From: Coniocarpon cinnabarinum
Lineage: Eukaryota
DNA length: 26,269 nt
Reading direction: 5' to 3'
Assembly (NCBI GenBank): GCA_051942205.1
Contig: JAVECO010000092.1
Span: forward strand, 62,001-88,269
Shown here piece after piece: positions 11,031 through 22,136 of the stretch. How positions within the stretch are numbered: position 1 is the stretch's first letter; every line of letters begins with the position of its first letter. The translations under genes and the position numbers were made by a program. The notes below the pieces were generated by a model. It was not told where the DNA came from and did no database searches. It was given only the letters and a program-made list of their open reading frames with translations.

Positions 11031-11836
11031 CAATTGGCCTATTCAAGATTGCTACTTGCCAAACAATTGATTCGCTGAACGCGAACCTCAATGATTGAAG
11101 TGCACAATTTTTCCAGTCAACAGCAGCACTGGTAAAAGCCTATGATGAGCTTCTCAGAAGGTGTTGATGATAGGATATTGGCCGTGGCTTGTCCTGTGTA
11201 ATAGGCAAGTGCTCACTATTGCTTCTGAAATCGGGGACACTGCTCAGCGCAATGGCAAAGTTTAAGGACACGGCCCGAGCGCGAATAAGATGCCGGAGCA
11301 GCACAGAAGGGTCGTCAAGCCAGACAAATACCGAGATTTGAGACCGCATGCAGTCGTTTTGTATGGTACAAGGGCCTGCAGATTCCTCATTTCCCGTGGC
11401 TCAACTCAAGCCTTGAGATAGGTCAGAGCGGCCTTTTGAAGACGAGATGGCAACGCTATGCACATGTACTGCTTGGTGAATCATGAGACTCTAGACGTCC
11501 ATTGCATCCACCGCCTTCAACACTTGCATTCCTCTACTTTAGACTCACTCAACACCTGTCCGTTGATCCACTGCCTTTAGAGTACTCGGCGTGTTGACAT
11601 TTCTCTTCAGCCATAGCTTTCGGCAAAATCTCGGGTATACCCTCCGCCGTCTGCTCTGCAGCAGCCAACGAGCAACTCACCTAAGTGACAACCTGCGCGT
11701 GTTGGTCGGCGCTGCGGAGCATGGACCTAGCATAAGGCAAGGAAGCACATAGGTGCAAAAGGTCCCTCGTCCGATCGTACCGCATTACCGTCATGCTCTA
11801 TCTCCCACTACCTAGAAAGCATCATTTTCTCCGACA

Positions 11837-13878
11837 ATGACACGTCGGCACGTGTCTGAAGACGATGACTATCATCCCAGCCAAGCCTACGAACTCACTG
11901 CCATCAATGGCAGGAACTCAGACGAGAAGCTCCCCGAAGACAGTACGCAAGATATTCAGTATGACTTTGACGATCGACGCGTCCGCTCCAGCAGCGATTC
12001 CTCCGTGCGCAGCTTTGAGCTGTATACACCGGATGAGGAACGGAGAATCATTAGAAAGCTCGACAGGCGTGTCGTGACGTTCATGTCCTTTCTCTATCTA
12101 CTCTCGTTCCTAGACAGGTCAAGTAGGTATCCCCGTAAACTATACACGGAATATACCTCGTCTGTCCATGCTAACGGAACATCCGAGACATTGGCAATGC
12201 CAAGATTGCAGGCCTCACGCATGACCTGCGCCTGAATGATGATAAGTTTGAATGGCTGTTGACTGGCTTTTACATCACCTATATTGCCTTCGAATGGATG
12301 ATCCTCCTGTCCGCTCACACCCAGTCCCATTTAAGCCATCTCGTGAACTAACTAGACCAGATACAACTACCTCACGCCCCATGTCTACATCTCTCTATGC
12401 GTCCTGGCCTGGGGCCTCATCGCCTCCTTGCAATCCCTCACCACCTCCTTCACACAGATGCTGATTCTCCGTCTCCTCCTCGGCGTCAGCGAAGCGGCCT
12501 TCAGCCCAGGCGTGCCTTACTACCTCTCCTTCTTCTACCGGCGAGAAGAGCTTGCCTTCCGAGCTGGGATGCAAGTCTCTGCTGCGCCCCTTGCCGCAAG
12601 CTTCGCCGGCAGTCTCGCCTGGGTGATCACGCGCTTGGGTCAGAACGGGCCACTGGCACCGTGGCGATTGCTCTTTCTCGTGGAAGGTTTTCCGAGTGTC
12701 CTTGTGGCTGTCGTGGCGTGGAACGTGATTGCGGACTCTCCTAAGAAGGCTCGGTTCTTGACAGTTCGGGAGAGACGGATTGCGCAGGTGAGACTGCAAG
12801 GTCGGAAGTCTGCCCGGGATGTTAAGGCTTCTGAGGAGGCACGAGCGGTGGTGAAGCAGAAAGTCGATTGGGCACGGATCTGGGCGACGGTCAAGGATCC
12901 TAAATGCTATTTGACGGCTGTATGTATGCCTCTTGTGAAATGCGGAATGATCGGTGTCGCTGACTTGCCTAGCTCATGTTCCTTAATTGCAACATTGCTT
13001 TCGCCAGTATGCCCGTATTTCTTCCGACTATTGTTCGAGAGTACGTCCCGCTGTTCTCTTCCTGCCGGCTTTCAACATGCGCATACTGATGCTCGACTCA
13101 TTCTTCTGATCCGCTCTTGCTAACGCCACCAGGATGGGCTACACGTCTCTCACCTCTCAAGCCCTCTCCGCACCACCCTACCTCGTCTCCTTCGTAACCG
13201 TCCTCCTCACAGCTGCCCTCTCTGACCGCACTCAATCTCGCGGTCCTTATGTCATCTTCCACGCACTCCTCGCTTCATCCTCCTACCTCCTCCTATCCCT
13301 CTCCTCAACACTCCACATCCCTAACATCCTCCGGTAAGCATTTCAATCATCACCCCATGCACATCCTACTCTCCCTTTCTTTCTTTTCCCCTCTCTCACA
13401 CGTCCTTCGCCGCTTCCCCTCCTCCTCCTCTCCTCCTCTCTCCTAATCTTCGAGACCACTAATTTATTCTCCCAGCTACCTCCTCGTCTATCCCGCCTGC
13501 GCCGGCTTCTTCTCCGCCATCACCATAATCATAACCTGGACCATGAACAACCAGCCCTCCTCCGAAGGTAAAGGCGTCGGCATGACGATTCTCAACTTAG
13601 TAGGTCAATGCGGGCCTTTGATCGGGACGCGCGCGTTCCCAGATGAGGATGCGCCGTTTTATGGGCGGGGTATGGGTGTTTGTGCGGGAGCAATGGGAGC
13701 TGTGTTCATTTTGGCGGTGGTGTTGCGCTGGGTTTTGAGGAGTGAGAATTTGCGGTCTGTGAGGGAGAGGGACGGAAGAGGAAGGGGGAGGACCGGAGAG
13801 GAAGATGGGGAAGGAGAGGTGGAGGGGATGTTGAGTGGGGCGAAAGAACAGGATGGGAGGTTTGTGTTGATGTTGTAA
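11837..13878 (+). CDS. MFS transporter, anion:cation symporter / allantoate-nicotinate permease (Dal5/Tna1-like) family (~545 aa); exons 11837-12122, 12188-12308, 12361-12919, 12973-13040, 13133-13333, 13476-13878
   Basis: Family motifs 'RKLDRR....LYLLSFLDRSNIGNAK', 'RLLLGVSEAAFSPG..YYLSFFYRREELAFR', 'WRLLFLVEG' and 'QALSAPPY'. Five GT-AG introns with branch sites give one continuous frame (1638 nt). Confidence 0.9.
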
Positions 13879-14818
13879 ATTGAGTTGGTTTTATTATTGT
13901 TTGGAAAATGAATGTTGAGAAGATCATCGTCCGATTTCTGTGAGCCTCACTAGCATCATCTTGCAGCGGTTCATCCGCACTGACATTTCCCTGAAAATAT
14001 GAGTGCAGCCTCAATGCAGCTAAGCGTCTTTCAACGATTTCAAAGCACGATACCTAATGCAAGAAGGCCTTACTTATACGTCGCGCCTTTACAGCCTTCC
14101 TTCCGCACTTATTCCCGGTAAGCAACACGCTGGTCGATAAGTTGAACTATTCAGGATCTTGACAAATCATCTTCACCGGCGTTTTTAGACTTCGAGAGGG
14201 CTTAGCTGACCTGGCACAGCCATTCGATCGAAACAGGTCATCGCTGTTGTGTGAGCGTCATGTGCTGCTGCATCCCTCGTATGTCAGAAATCTAATGAAG
14301 CCTGACTCTCGAACCTGAAGACCATAGAGATGCGCTTAGAGTTACGGAAACAGTGCAAATGCTGTGTCCATGTCCCTCTACTATTGTTCGGGTCTCGTCA
14401 CACCACTCAGTGGCCACTTCTGCTATAGCGACCGATTCTCCGTGTCGCAAAGTGAGAGAGGAACCCTGCCTCGGTTCCATTGAGCTTTTGAGAAAGGTCA
14501 GAGACCTCGCGCAAGAGTCATGCCAGCCCTCCCCCAGGTTTCGCTTGTCCATCACTGCTGAGAGGGCGCTTATCGATGGAGCGTCAAGATTAGATGATTG
14601 GTTGTCATCATACGAGCCCCAGTGTCATCTACGGTTGTCGACAACTCCTCGAATACAGCAGAATTCGGTCTTCATAATCTTCAGTCGCAAAATGTTAGTT
14701 ATTGATGATCTGTTGCAGGTGATCACAGCGTGTCTGGATCCGCTCTTCGTCGCAAGCATCACGGGTCGCCAGTCATCAATGATCATAATTTTAGTCGTGA
14801 ATTAACGCAGCCATTCGG

Positions 14819-16471
14819 TCAGCCACCAAGAATGTAAGGCTTCGCGCCGTCACCGAACAGCAATTCTGGTTTTCTCTGCGCAAGGTCAAGTATGGTTTGT
14901 GCGAACACCGAGTTGGCCCATGCAAACCAACTTCGCGTATAATCTCTGACCGAATCCACGTTGACACTCTCATGAATCAGTCCCAGAGCACTGGCCTTCT
15001 TGACTAGAGCGAGGTTCTCCATGATGCTATCATCATCGTTCGATGTCATTACTTCAACGAGCTTGCTGAGTGGCCAGGCGTGAGTAGTGCCGATGTGTGG
15101 GCCGCCAATTCCTTGGAAGGACCGGCCTTCCAAATAATATGGATTTCCTTCTCGCTCAAGGATCATCCTTCTGGTATTTTTATAAACCTCATCGTCTTTA
15201 TCAACGAAGCCCATGAGCGGAAGTGCGAGAAGCGATGGTAGGTTCGCATCGTCCATCAGTATAGACGAGCCATAGCCGTCTACTTCATACGCGAAGACCT
15301 TCCCATAGCGCTTGTGGTGAACAACACCATGTTCATAGATACCTGTTTCGATGGCCTCACCTCGCGCCCGTAGAGTGTGTGCAAGCTTTTCATGGCCTTC
15401 TTTCAGGAGCATCTCCGCCACTCGACGGAGTTCGACCGACATCATGGCATTGGCTGGAATAAAGAAAGGAAGGATTGTCGCGTCGTCTGAAGGTCGAAAT
15501 GCGGAGCGGATTAGCCCGGTCCCAGAATTAATAGGATTTCCGATGCCTCCTAGACTGAGGGTCTCTGTGCCCGCACTGGTCTCACGCTGAAAGGTGTACT
15601 CGTTTTGCATGTAGGCTCCTGTCTTGTGGTGGAATGTTCCCTTCGACTGTTCATCCATCACTGCAAGAATGGTCTCCAAAGCAGTAAACCAACGCTTCGT
15701 CAGAGGCTCGGCAGAGCTCGTACTTTGATAGAATTGGCTAGTTAGAGACAGGAATGACGCCAAGGAGTCCAGCTCGTATTTGCACTCGAATACAAACGAA
15801 GGCTCATAGGCTGGATGCACTCTGTCTGTTTGTCCATTGTTTGACGGACTGACGCCGCTGGGTGGAGGTGGTTGAAACGCATTGCAGTACGGCGAGGTGA
15901 TGACAAACTCGGCTTGTGTATTGATAGCGCCTAGGATCAAGCTGTGAATGTTCTTGTCCTTCTTCGCTAGTGGCTGATATTGAGCTAGTTGGTTTGTTGA
16001 GTCTCGCAGCCACTCCGCGTTGATGTCTCCCGTAACGATGAAGCTCTGCGCACCGCTCCAACGTGCGTTCTTCTTGTACTGCCGATTCTTGGTATTCACA
16101 TGCCATCGAACTGTCGTGTCAAGCGTATTTGGAAACGCGTTTTCGAACAATCTCGCCAAATCTTTGTCAACCATGCGGGTGGTGATGTCTCGAATGACTT
16201 TGTCTACCTGGGGCGATTCAAAAGTTCTGCAGCGTCGATGTGGCCTCTGAAACGGAAGTGACATAGGACCGTCGCTGAATGGTCCATGTAAAGGGTACTT
16301 TGAGTAGTGGCTGTAGTCTGGGCAAGCATGCTCCCACTCATGCTTCTCTGCTCCTAAAGGCTCTTGATCTGCTTTTGCTCCGGCGCGAGGCGGTGGGTCC
16401 GCGAATGTAGTTGACACCAACAGTAATAGCGATGCGGCCACTGTCTGTACCCAAATCTGTGGAGCCCACAT
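14819..16471 (-). CDS. Secreted glycoside hydrolase family 125 (exo-alpha-1,6-mannosidase-like, DUF1237), 550 aa, single exon
   Basis: Signal-peptide-like N-terminus. GH125 motifs 'FENAFPNTLDTT', 'TGDINAEWLRDS', 'ECKYELDS', 'SAFRPSDD', 'MDDANLPSLL' and 'YTRSWFAWAN' are present. Confidence 0.92.
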   Translation of the reverse strand: MWAPQIWVQTVAASLLLLVSTTFADPPPRAGAKADQEPLGAEKHEWEHACPDYSHYSKYPLHGPFSDGPMSLPFQRPHRRCRTFESPQVDKVIRDITTRMVDKDLARLFENAFPNTLDTTVRWHVNTKNRQYKKNARWSGAQSFIVTGDINAEWLRDSTNQLAQYQPLAKKDKNIHSLILGAINTQAEFVITSPYCNAFQPPPPSGVSPSNNGQTDRVHPAYEPSFVFECKYELDSLASFLSLTSQFYQSTSSAEPLTKRWFTALETILAVMDEQSKGTFHHKTGAYMQNEYTFQRETSAGTETLSLGGIGNPINSGTGLIRSAFRPSDDATILPFFIPANAMMSVELRRVAEMLLKEGHEKLAHTLRARGEAIETGIYEHGVVHHKRYGKVFAYEVDGYGSSILMDDANLPSLLALPLMGFVDKDDEVYKNTRRMILEREGNPYYLEGRSFQGIGGPHIGTTHAWPLSKLVEVMTSNDDDSIMENLALVKKASALGLIHESVNVDSVRDYTRSWFAWANSVFAQTILDLAQRKPELLFGDGAKPYILGG

Positions 16472-17291
16472 GATTCCAGCCCGGGAAATACAGTGCCCAA
16501 ATCCTGTTGTTCAGCTCAGTGACTTCGGTGTCCAGATGCGACAATCGAGCTCGACAAGAGCTTTAGACGAGAGAGGTGTGCACGGTCTCACGAAACAACG
16601 ACGAACTCTCGAGCATCTTCATGAGCGCAGTTATAGGTGCGATCAGATATTCGTTGGGTCATTGGCAAGCGGAGGAGGGAACCGGACAAGTAGCACAAGG
16701 GACGCGAACAGCTGCAAGAGACTAGTCTCAAGCTTCACGAGGATGATTACAGCTATTTCGCCAACAGTGAAGGAGAGTTGTCATCTAAAGTACGCACCGC
16801 TCGTGCCGCAGTGCCCGATTACATTACGCCAGATAACATTAATGTAGCTAGGTAGATTCGAGACTCCGTGGTTTCGATGCCGCCCACCAAAACGTATTCG
16901 TGACAGGTAGTCGTCCCAATGAACAAAAGGTCTCAAATTCCTCTATATATGCCGCGAAAACACTTGAATTTGCTAATACGGTCAAAACATGAGAAGACAT
17001 CCATCGTTCCGATTAGAGCAAGACGTCAGAAATCCATAGAGATATGCAAAGGGGCGGCAAAAGAATCTGATAGCAGCCATTGCGACAGGTGCTGACCTCA
17101 TCTCCTGAGACGAAAAGCTGCGGTGGCGATCACTGTACCAAAGTATCCTTCTTTACTTCTCTCTACGTGTATTACTCTTTTTGCTTTCTCGCGTCGTGTC
17201 ACTTGGACTTTTAGCTAACTTTCGTCTGACCTATACAAAGTTCCATTTTGACGCGCTACGTACGGAAGCAGTCTCAACTTCTAGCAGAGCG

Positions 17292-20200
17292 ATGCTCACG
17301 CGAGCAGCCCGCAAACAGAATCGAAGACTGTTGCGCCAGTATCTCCTTGCCGAATACTCACAGCTCTCTCTTCCTTGGCTCTGCCCAGCCATATCAGCGC
17401 CCAAGCAGCCTCGCCGCCATGTCACAACAAAGTCCTCAAGTCCTCGCCCAGCGCCAGCGAGTTCCTACCGCCCCCAGAACTCGTCACAATCACCTCCAGG
17501 CTCGCGGCAGTTGGCGACGGCGCTCGACCACTCGCGACCAGAATCAAATCTTGACCCCATCCCCTTCGATAGCTCCACGTTCTCCAGACCGTCTTCCACT
17601 CAGCAATCCCGAAGCGCTTTGCCGGAGTATGATCCCTCGAATTTCGTGCACATCCCCATATCAATGCCGCAACCTCAGCTTCAGTTCAATATCAGCCACA
17701 AGTCCGGTACGCCGGCAGATCTATCCGACCTACAGCAACATCTCTATGCGTGTGTCCAAATTGGTCGAATGGATCGAGCGGCGCTGCTCGCTCGGCGCAT
17801 AACAGACATGTTCGTGTCCACCGCTGGTCCGGTCATTGACGCGCATCATCGCTATCTGTCTGGATGCCTTGATCAGCTTCAAAGCGCACCGTCACAGGAA
17901 AAGCTGATGGAGATGCAAAAGTGGCTTGAGCTCGACGTGCGGACCAGGGGCATTCCAGTGGGCCATGGTATCATTGCTCTTATGCTCAAGGCCAGTTTGT
18001 TAGTCTTGAAAGGCCCGCGCCTGGATCGTACAATCCGGAGATACGCAATGTTTGCGCAACAGCTCAGTCAGGACACGTACGAGGACACGCTTTCCTCAAG
18101 CATCTTCACAGATCAAGAGATGAGCAAAATTCTAAAAGCACTGAACAGAGACTTTGCGACTCCCAATGAAGAGCTGTCGGAGCAAGATATTGAGGAGTTG
18201 GACCAAGCCAACCGAATTGCTTGGGAAAGGGAAACTGGCGTGCAGAGACCTGCGCCTGAGACGAAACACTTGCCCGACTTGAAGCCGGTAGATTTGAAGG
18301 GTCTTGGCTTGGACGCACTGAAAAAGTCGCTTGGATCGTTGCAAGCTGATTACCTTGATGAGTCGAATTATCCTTCAGACACAGAGAGCATGACGCAGCG
18401 TCAGATGCGCCTCGAGCAAGATGTTGCCGACGCTGCTCTCGAGCGATGGCGAACGGAGAGCGAAGATTTTGAGCAGACACGTAATGAGGGCAGACTTTCG
18501 CAAGCTCCAATCGGTTCTCAGATTCACCAGTGGGTTCAACAAATGGTCCCTCAACTCGAAGAGGAGTTGAAGCATGCTGAAGATCCAGAGGCATATACCC
18601 CCAGTGAAGATTACGATATTGTTGCCGCAGCGCCATTCCTCAAGATGATGGCTCCAGAGAAGGTTGCTGCGGTTGCAGTGCTTCAGTTTTTTGCAGGAAT
18701 CATGGACCCCAGCACTCGGAAAGAACAACGAGCCGATAGGATCGCTGTTGTGCGCCTCTGCGAACGCATGGGGATGTCTCTATTCAGAGAGGTCAGGATT
18801 GATCAGATTCAAACGCACCACCTTCAAAGCCTTTCAAACCTTCCATCTGGAGAGCGACACAAACAGCTATCTCGTCTTCTCAGGGGCAAAAAGTGGTCGT
18901 CAAGACATCTTGAGGCGCATTATGCGAAGATGATCCAGAGTTCTCCCGCTTCGGATGTAGCGCCATGGGAGCAAAATCACACCATGGCAATGCAGTGTGG
19001 AGCTGTGCTACTTGGGTTGATACTGAAGACCGCCAAAGTCACCACCAACTTGCCAGACGCTGAGACCAGTAAACGCACACTCAAAACACAACCAATCGGA
19101 ACGCGGGTGTTCGATTGGCGAAAGGGCAAAAAGGTTGGCACTGTTCAAGTGCCTCCGGAACTTCTCCAGATATTGCAGAAAGAGCCCGTCGCCAGTCTGG
19201 TAGCGAAGCATCTTCCAATGATCGTCCCTCCTAAGCCGTGGAAGAATGTACAGGACGGAGGCTATCTCTCGACGTCCGTGCCAGTCGTTCGATTCACCGA
19301 TTTTCAAACAACGCAAAAGGCATATGCGCAGCTCGCTCATCAAAGGGGCGACATGGATCGACTGTACGCGGGTCTGGATGTCATCAGCAAAACGCCCTGG
19401 CATGTCAACAATGATTTGCTTCGCATTATGACTGAAGTGTGGAATTCTGGCGAGCGTATGGGCAAGATCGCACCGGATAAGCTGGAGACCAAGCTGCCTG
19501 AAAGACCTGACACAGACGACCCCAAGGTCATCCACAGGTGGCGGAACATTGTCACGTCCATGCAGAATGACATCGCCTCGAATCACAGCCAGCGGTGCTA
19601 TCAAAACTTCCAGCTCGAAGTCGCACGCGCTTTCGCCAACACTACGTTCTACTGCCCCCAGAACGTTGATTATCGTGGCCGTGCGTATCCCATACCACCA
19701 TACTTCAATCACACTGGCGCAGATTACGTTCGAGCTTTGTTCAACTTCGCAGAAGGAAAGGAACTGGGTCCTGAAGGTCTTTACTGGCTGAAAGTCCAGT
19801 TGGCTAACACGTACGGGTATGACAAAGCCTCTCTGAGTGATCGCGCCAAGTTTGTGGACGACAACATGGAGCATGTCATTGATTCGGCCACAAATCCACT
19901 CCAAGGCTCACGCTGGTGGCTTAACGCTTCTGATCCATGGCAAGCTCTTGCCGCATGTCTCGACCTCAAAGCTGCCCTCGATCTGCCAGATCCTACTAAG
20001 CATGTATCTCACCTTCCCATCCAGCAGGATGGCTCCTGTAACGGTCTTCAGCATTACGCAGCGCTGGGTGGCGACGAGATTGGCGCACGTCAAGTCAATC
20101 TGACGCCAAGTGACAAGCCAGCAGACATTTACACCGCTGTCATGGAATCCGTAGCCAAGATTGTCCATCAAGACGCTCTTGCTGGTGACGTTCGAGCACA

Positions 20201-21737
20201 GCACGTTGACGGATACGTTGCTCGCAAGATGGTCAAACAACCTGTCATGACCAATGTGTACGGGGTGACATATCATGGAGCGATACATCAGGTCGCCAAG
20301 CAGCTGCGTGAGATCATTCCCGAGTCCCAGCGTGCTATGAACCCAGAAGCTACTACCTACAAGCTTGCTTCTTATGTGGCGACCTGCATCTTCAAAGCGC
20401 TGTCAGAGATGTTCACAGGCGCTCAAGCGATCCAAATCTGGCTGGGCGAATGCGGCGCTCGCATTTCCTCCGCCGTGACGCCCGAGCAGATCAAGCGTGC
20501 GCGCGCCAAAAGAGAGGGGATCGTGGACCCAGAGAAAGAAGCCCGTCAATTGTACAAGAAAAGTCTCTTCTTTGGGGCAAACAAGCGCTCGATCCAGACA
20601 CCTGAGGATACATCCTTCAAGTCGACGATCATCTGGACGACTCCACTCGGCTTTTCCGTCGTACAGCCCTACCGTGAGTTCCATCGTAAAAGCGTCAAGA
20701 CGCATCTACAGCACATCCGCATCTTCACACCCACGGGCTCGGACCCCGTGAACAAGCGCAAGCAACTGCAGGGGTTTCCACCTAACTTTATTCACAGCCT
20801 TGATGCCACGCACATGATGCTTTCCGCATTGAAGTGCGATGAGATTGGTCTTACGTTCAGCTCCGTGCATGACTCCTTCTGGACACATGCTGCAGATGTC
20901 CCTACGTTGAACAAAGTTCTGCGTGATGCATTTGTGAGTATGCACAAAGAGGACATCATTCGTCGTCTGAAGGAAGAGTTCGAGGCGCGCTATGCTGGGT
21001 GTTTCGAATGGACGTCAGTCTTGCGTCAATCTGACGCTGGTCGGAAGCTGGTGCAGTATTATAAGGACGTCAAGGGACGGAAGCACGCTCAATACACGAA
21101 GAAGACGGTCACAGGCGGATTCGAAATCGATGATCTTCTTGATGAGGCAAAGCGAGCCGAATTGCTGAAGAGTGAGGATCCTGAACAGCAAGAGAAGGGA
21201 AGAGAAATGATGACGGCGGCCAGAGTTGTGGAAGAGTCTGCAGTTGGAGATGATGCTGTCCACTCGACTGAAGAGTGGGGCAGATACATTGCCAGAGAGG
21301 GCGAGTCGTCTGGCCCATTGACAGGAAAGACCAACGAAGAGTCTCCAGAGGACAAAGATGCATTCGTCGCCGCTGACGAAGCCGCCTTCGAGCCAGAACA
21401 AGACCCTCTAGCAGCCGATGATGCGTCGGCCGAGGAAGTCGAGCAAGCGTCACCCAAAAAACAAAGCAAGTCGACAAAGACTCGGGCATCCTCAAAAGTC
21501 AAACCCAAGATTGAGGTCGCAGAGGATGACGCCTCAAGTGAGCCATCCCAAACGACGGACTCCTCGTCTGGCGATCAAAAGACAAAGTCGACGCAATCGG
21601 TCAAGGATCAAGTCCGCAAGAAACAAGTCGCCAAAGAACGCGTCTATTTCTGGCGCCCGTTGACCTTTCCGGAACCACCTCCAAAGGGCAAGTTCGACGT
21701 GACGTGTTTGACGGAGAGTCGGTATTTCTTTTCGTGA
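17292..21737 (+). CDS. RPO41: Mitochondrial DNA-directed RNA polymerase (T7-like single subunit), ~1481 aa
   Basis: The first ATG at 17292 starts an Arg-rich presequence-like 'MLTRAARKQNRR'. Motifs include 'DYRGRAYP', motif A 'QDGSCNGLQHYAALG', motif B 'RKMVKQPVMTNVYG', 'PPNFIHSLDATHM', motif C 'SVHDSFWTH' and C-terminal 'YFFS'. Confidence 0.96.
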   Translation: MLTRAARKQNRRLLRQYLLAEYSQLSLPWLCPAISAPKQPRRHVTTKSSSPRPAPASSYRPQNSSQSPPGSRQLATALDHSRPESNLDPIPFDSSTFSRPSSTQQSRSALPEYDPSNFVHIPISMPQPQLQFNISHKSGTPADLSDLQQHLYACVQIGRMDRAALLARRITDMFVSTAGPVIDAHHRYLSGCLDQLQSAPSQEKLMEMQKWLELDVRTRGIPVGHGIIALMLKASLLVLKGPRLDRTIRRYAMFAQQLSQDTYEDTLSSSIFTDQEMSKILKALNRDFATPNEELSEQDIEELDQANRIAWERETGVQRPAPETKHLPDLKPVDLKGLGLDALKKSLGSLQADYLDESNYPSDTESMTQRQMRLEQDVADAALERWRTESEDFEQTRNEGRLSQAPIGSQIHQWVQQMVPQLEEELKHAEDPEAYTPSEDYDIVAAAPFLKMMAPEKVAAVAVLQFFAGIMDPSTRKEQRADRIAVVRLCERMGMSLFREVRIDQIQTHHLQSLSNLPSGERHKQLSRLLRGKKWSSRHLEAHYAKMIQSSPASDVAPWEQNHTMAMQCGAVLLGLILKTAKVTTNLPDAETSKRTLKTQPIGTRVFDWRKGKKVGTVQVPPELLQILQKEPVASLVAKHLPMIVPPKPWKNVQDGGYLSTSVPVVRFTDFQTTQKAYAQLAHQRGDMDRLYAGLDVISKTPWHVNNDLLRIMTEVWNSGERMGKIAPDKLETKLPERPDTDDPKVIHRWRNIVTSMQNDIASNHSQRCYQNFQLEVARAFANTTFYCPQNVDYRGRAYPIPPYFNHTGADYVRALFNFAEGKELGPEGLYWLKVQLANTYGYDKASLSDRAKFVDDNMEHVIDSATNPLQGSRWWLNASDPWQALAACLDLKAALDLPDPTKHVSHLPIQQDGSCNGLQHYAALGGDEIGARQVNLTPSDKPADIYTAVMESVAKIVHQDALAGDVRAQHVDGYVARKMVKQPVMTNVYGVTYHGAIHQVAKQLREIIPESQRAMNPEATTYKLASYVATCIFKALSEMFTGAQAIQIWLGECGARISSAVTPEQIKRARAKREGIVDPEKEARQLYKKSLFFGANKRSIQTPEDTSFKSTIIWTTPLGFSVVQPYREFHRKSVKTHLQHIRIFTPTGSDPVNKRKQLQGFPPNFIHSLDATHMMLSALKCDEIGLTFSSVHDSFWTHAADVPTLNKVLRDAFVSMHKEDIIRRLKEEFEARYAGCFEWTSVLRQSDAGRKLVQYYKDVKGRKHAQYTKKTVTGGFEIDDLLDEAKRAELLKSEDPEQQEKGREMMTAARVVEESAVGDDAVHSTEEWGRYIAREGESSGPLTGKTNEESPEDKDAFVAADEAAFEPEQDPLAADDASAEEVEQASPKKQSKSTKTRASSKVKPKIEVAEDDASSEPSQTTDSSSGDQKTKSTQSVKDQVRKKQVAKERVYFWRPLTFPEPPPKGKFDVTCLTESRYFFS

Positions 21738-21774
21738 TCGATGCAAGCGATTTGGGCAATTTTTAGCATACCAG

Positions 21775-21800
21775 AGCATAGCATTGCATAGCATAGCATT
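21775..21800. repeat. Imperfect (AGCAT)n pentanucleotide microsatellite in the RPO41 3' region
   Basis: agcata gcattgcata gcatagcatt. Confidence 0.6.
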
Positions 21801-22128
21801 TTGAGCGAGGTGTATTCGCGTTTTGAACAGATGAAAGGATGAAGGGCGCGATGATTCATGCATGTGAGGGTGTGAGCATGTGAGGATGTATATCAGAGAA
21901 GGAAATGTACGATATCATAGACAGTCAAAGATACCCGCCGATCTCAGCGAGTACCTCGAGCTTTCCTGTTAAGGCCCACTGACGCCTTCTTCCCTCTTTC
22001 CAGCGCTCTAACAAGCAAGTAAGCAAGCAATCACGCAGGCCATCCAACCATCCATGCACCTAAGCTTCATTTCGAACTATTTAGGGCAGCCACCCCGTCT
22101 TCCCATCCCTGTCAATCCATCTCTCCAC

Positions 22129-22136
22129 TATAAATA
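22129..22136 (+). promoter_or_regulatory. Consensus TATA box (TATAAATA) with no long ORF downstream
   Basis: TATAAATA follows a CT-rich tract and lies ~65 nt upstream of an A-rich ATG at 22198. Confidence 0.4.

Noticed and set aside
11142..11228. ATGATGA...CTGA pair resembling a C/D snoRNA downstream of MTR3
   Set aside because: There is no terminal stem, no flanking intron signals and no rRNA-complementary guide I could identify; it is probably 3'-UTR sequence.
14353..14805. 150-aa + strand ORF
   Set aside because: It has a non-ATG start and no recognisable motifs, and it lies in the expected GH125 3' region on the opposite strand.
19008..19904. 298-aa minus-strand ORF and other ORFs overlapping RPO41, GEA and MFS
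   Set aside because: These are antisense or alternate-frame shadows of well-supported genes with no protein-like motifs.
17292..21737. T7-like RNA polymerase as evidence of a phage or linear-plasmid insertion
   Set aside because: The long N-terminal extension with a presequence, the YFFS terminus and the housekeeping neighbours fit the ordinary nuclear-encoded mitochondrial RPO41.
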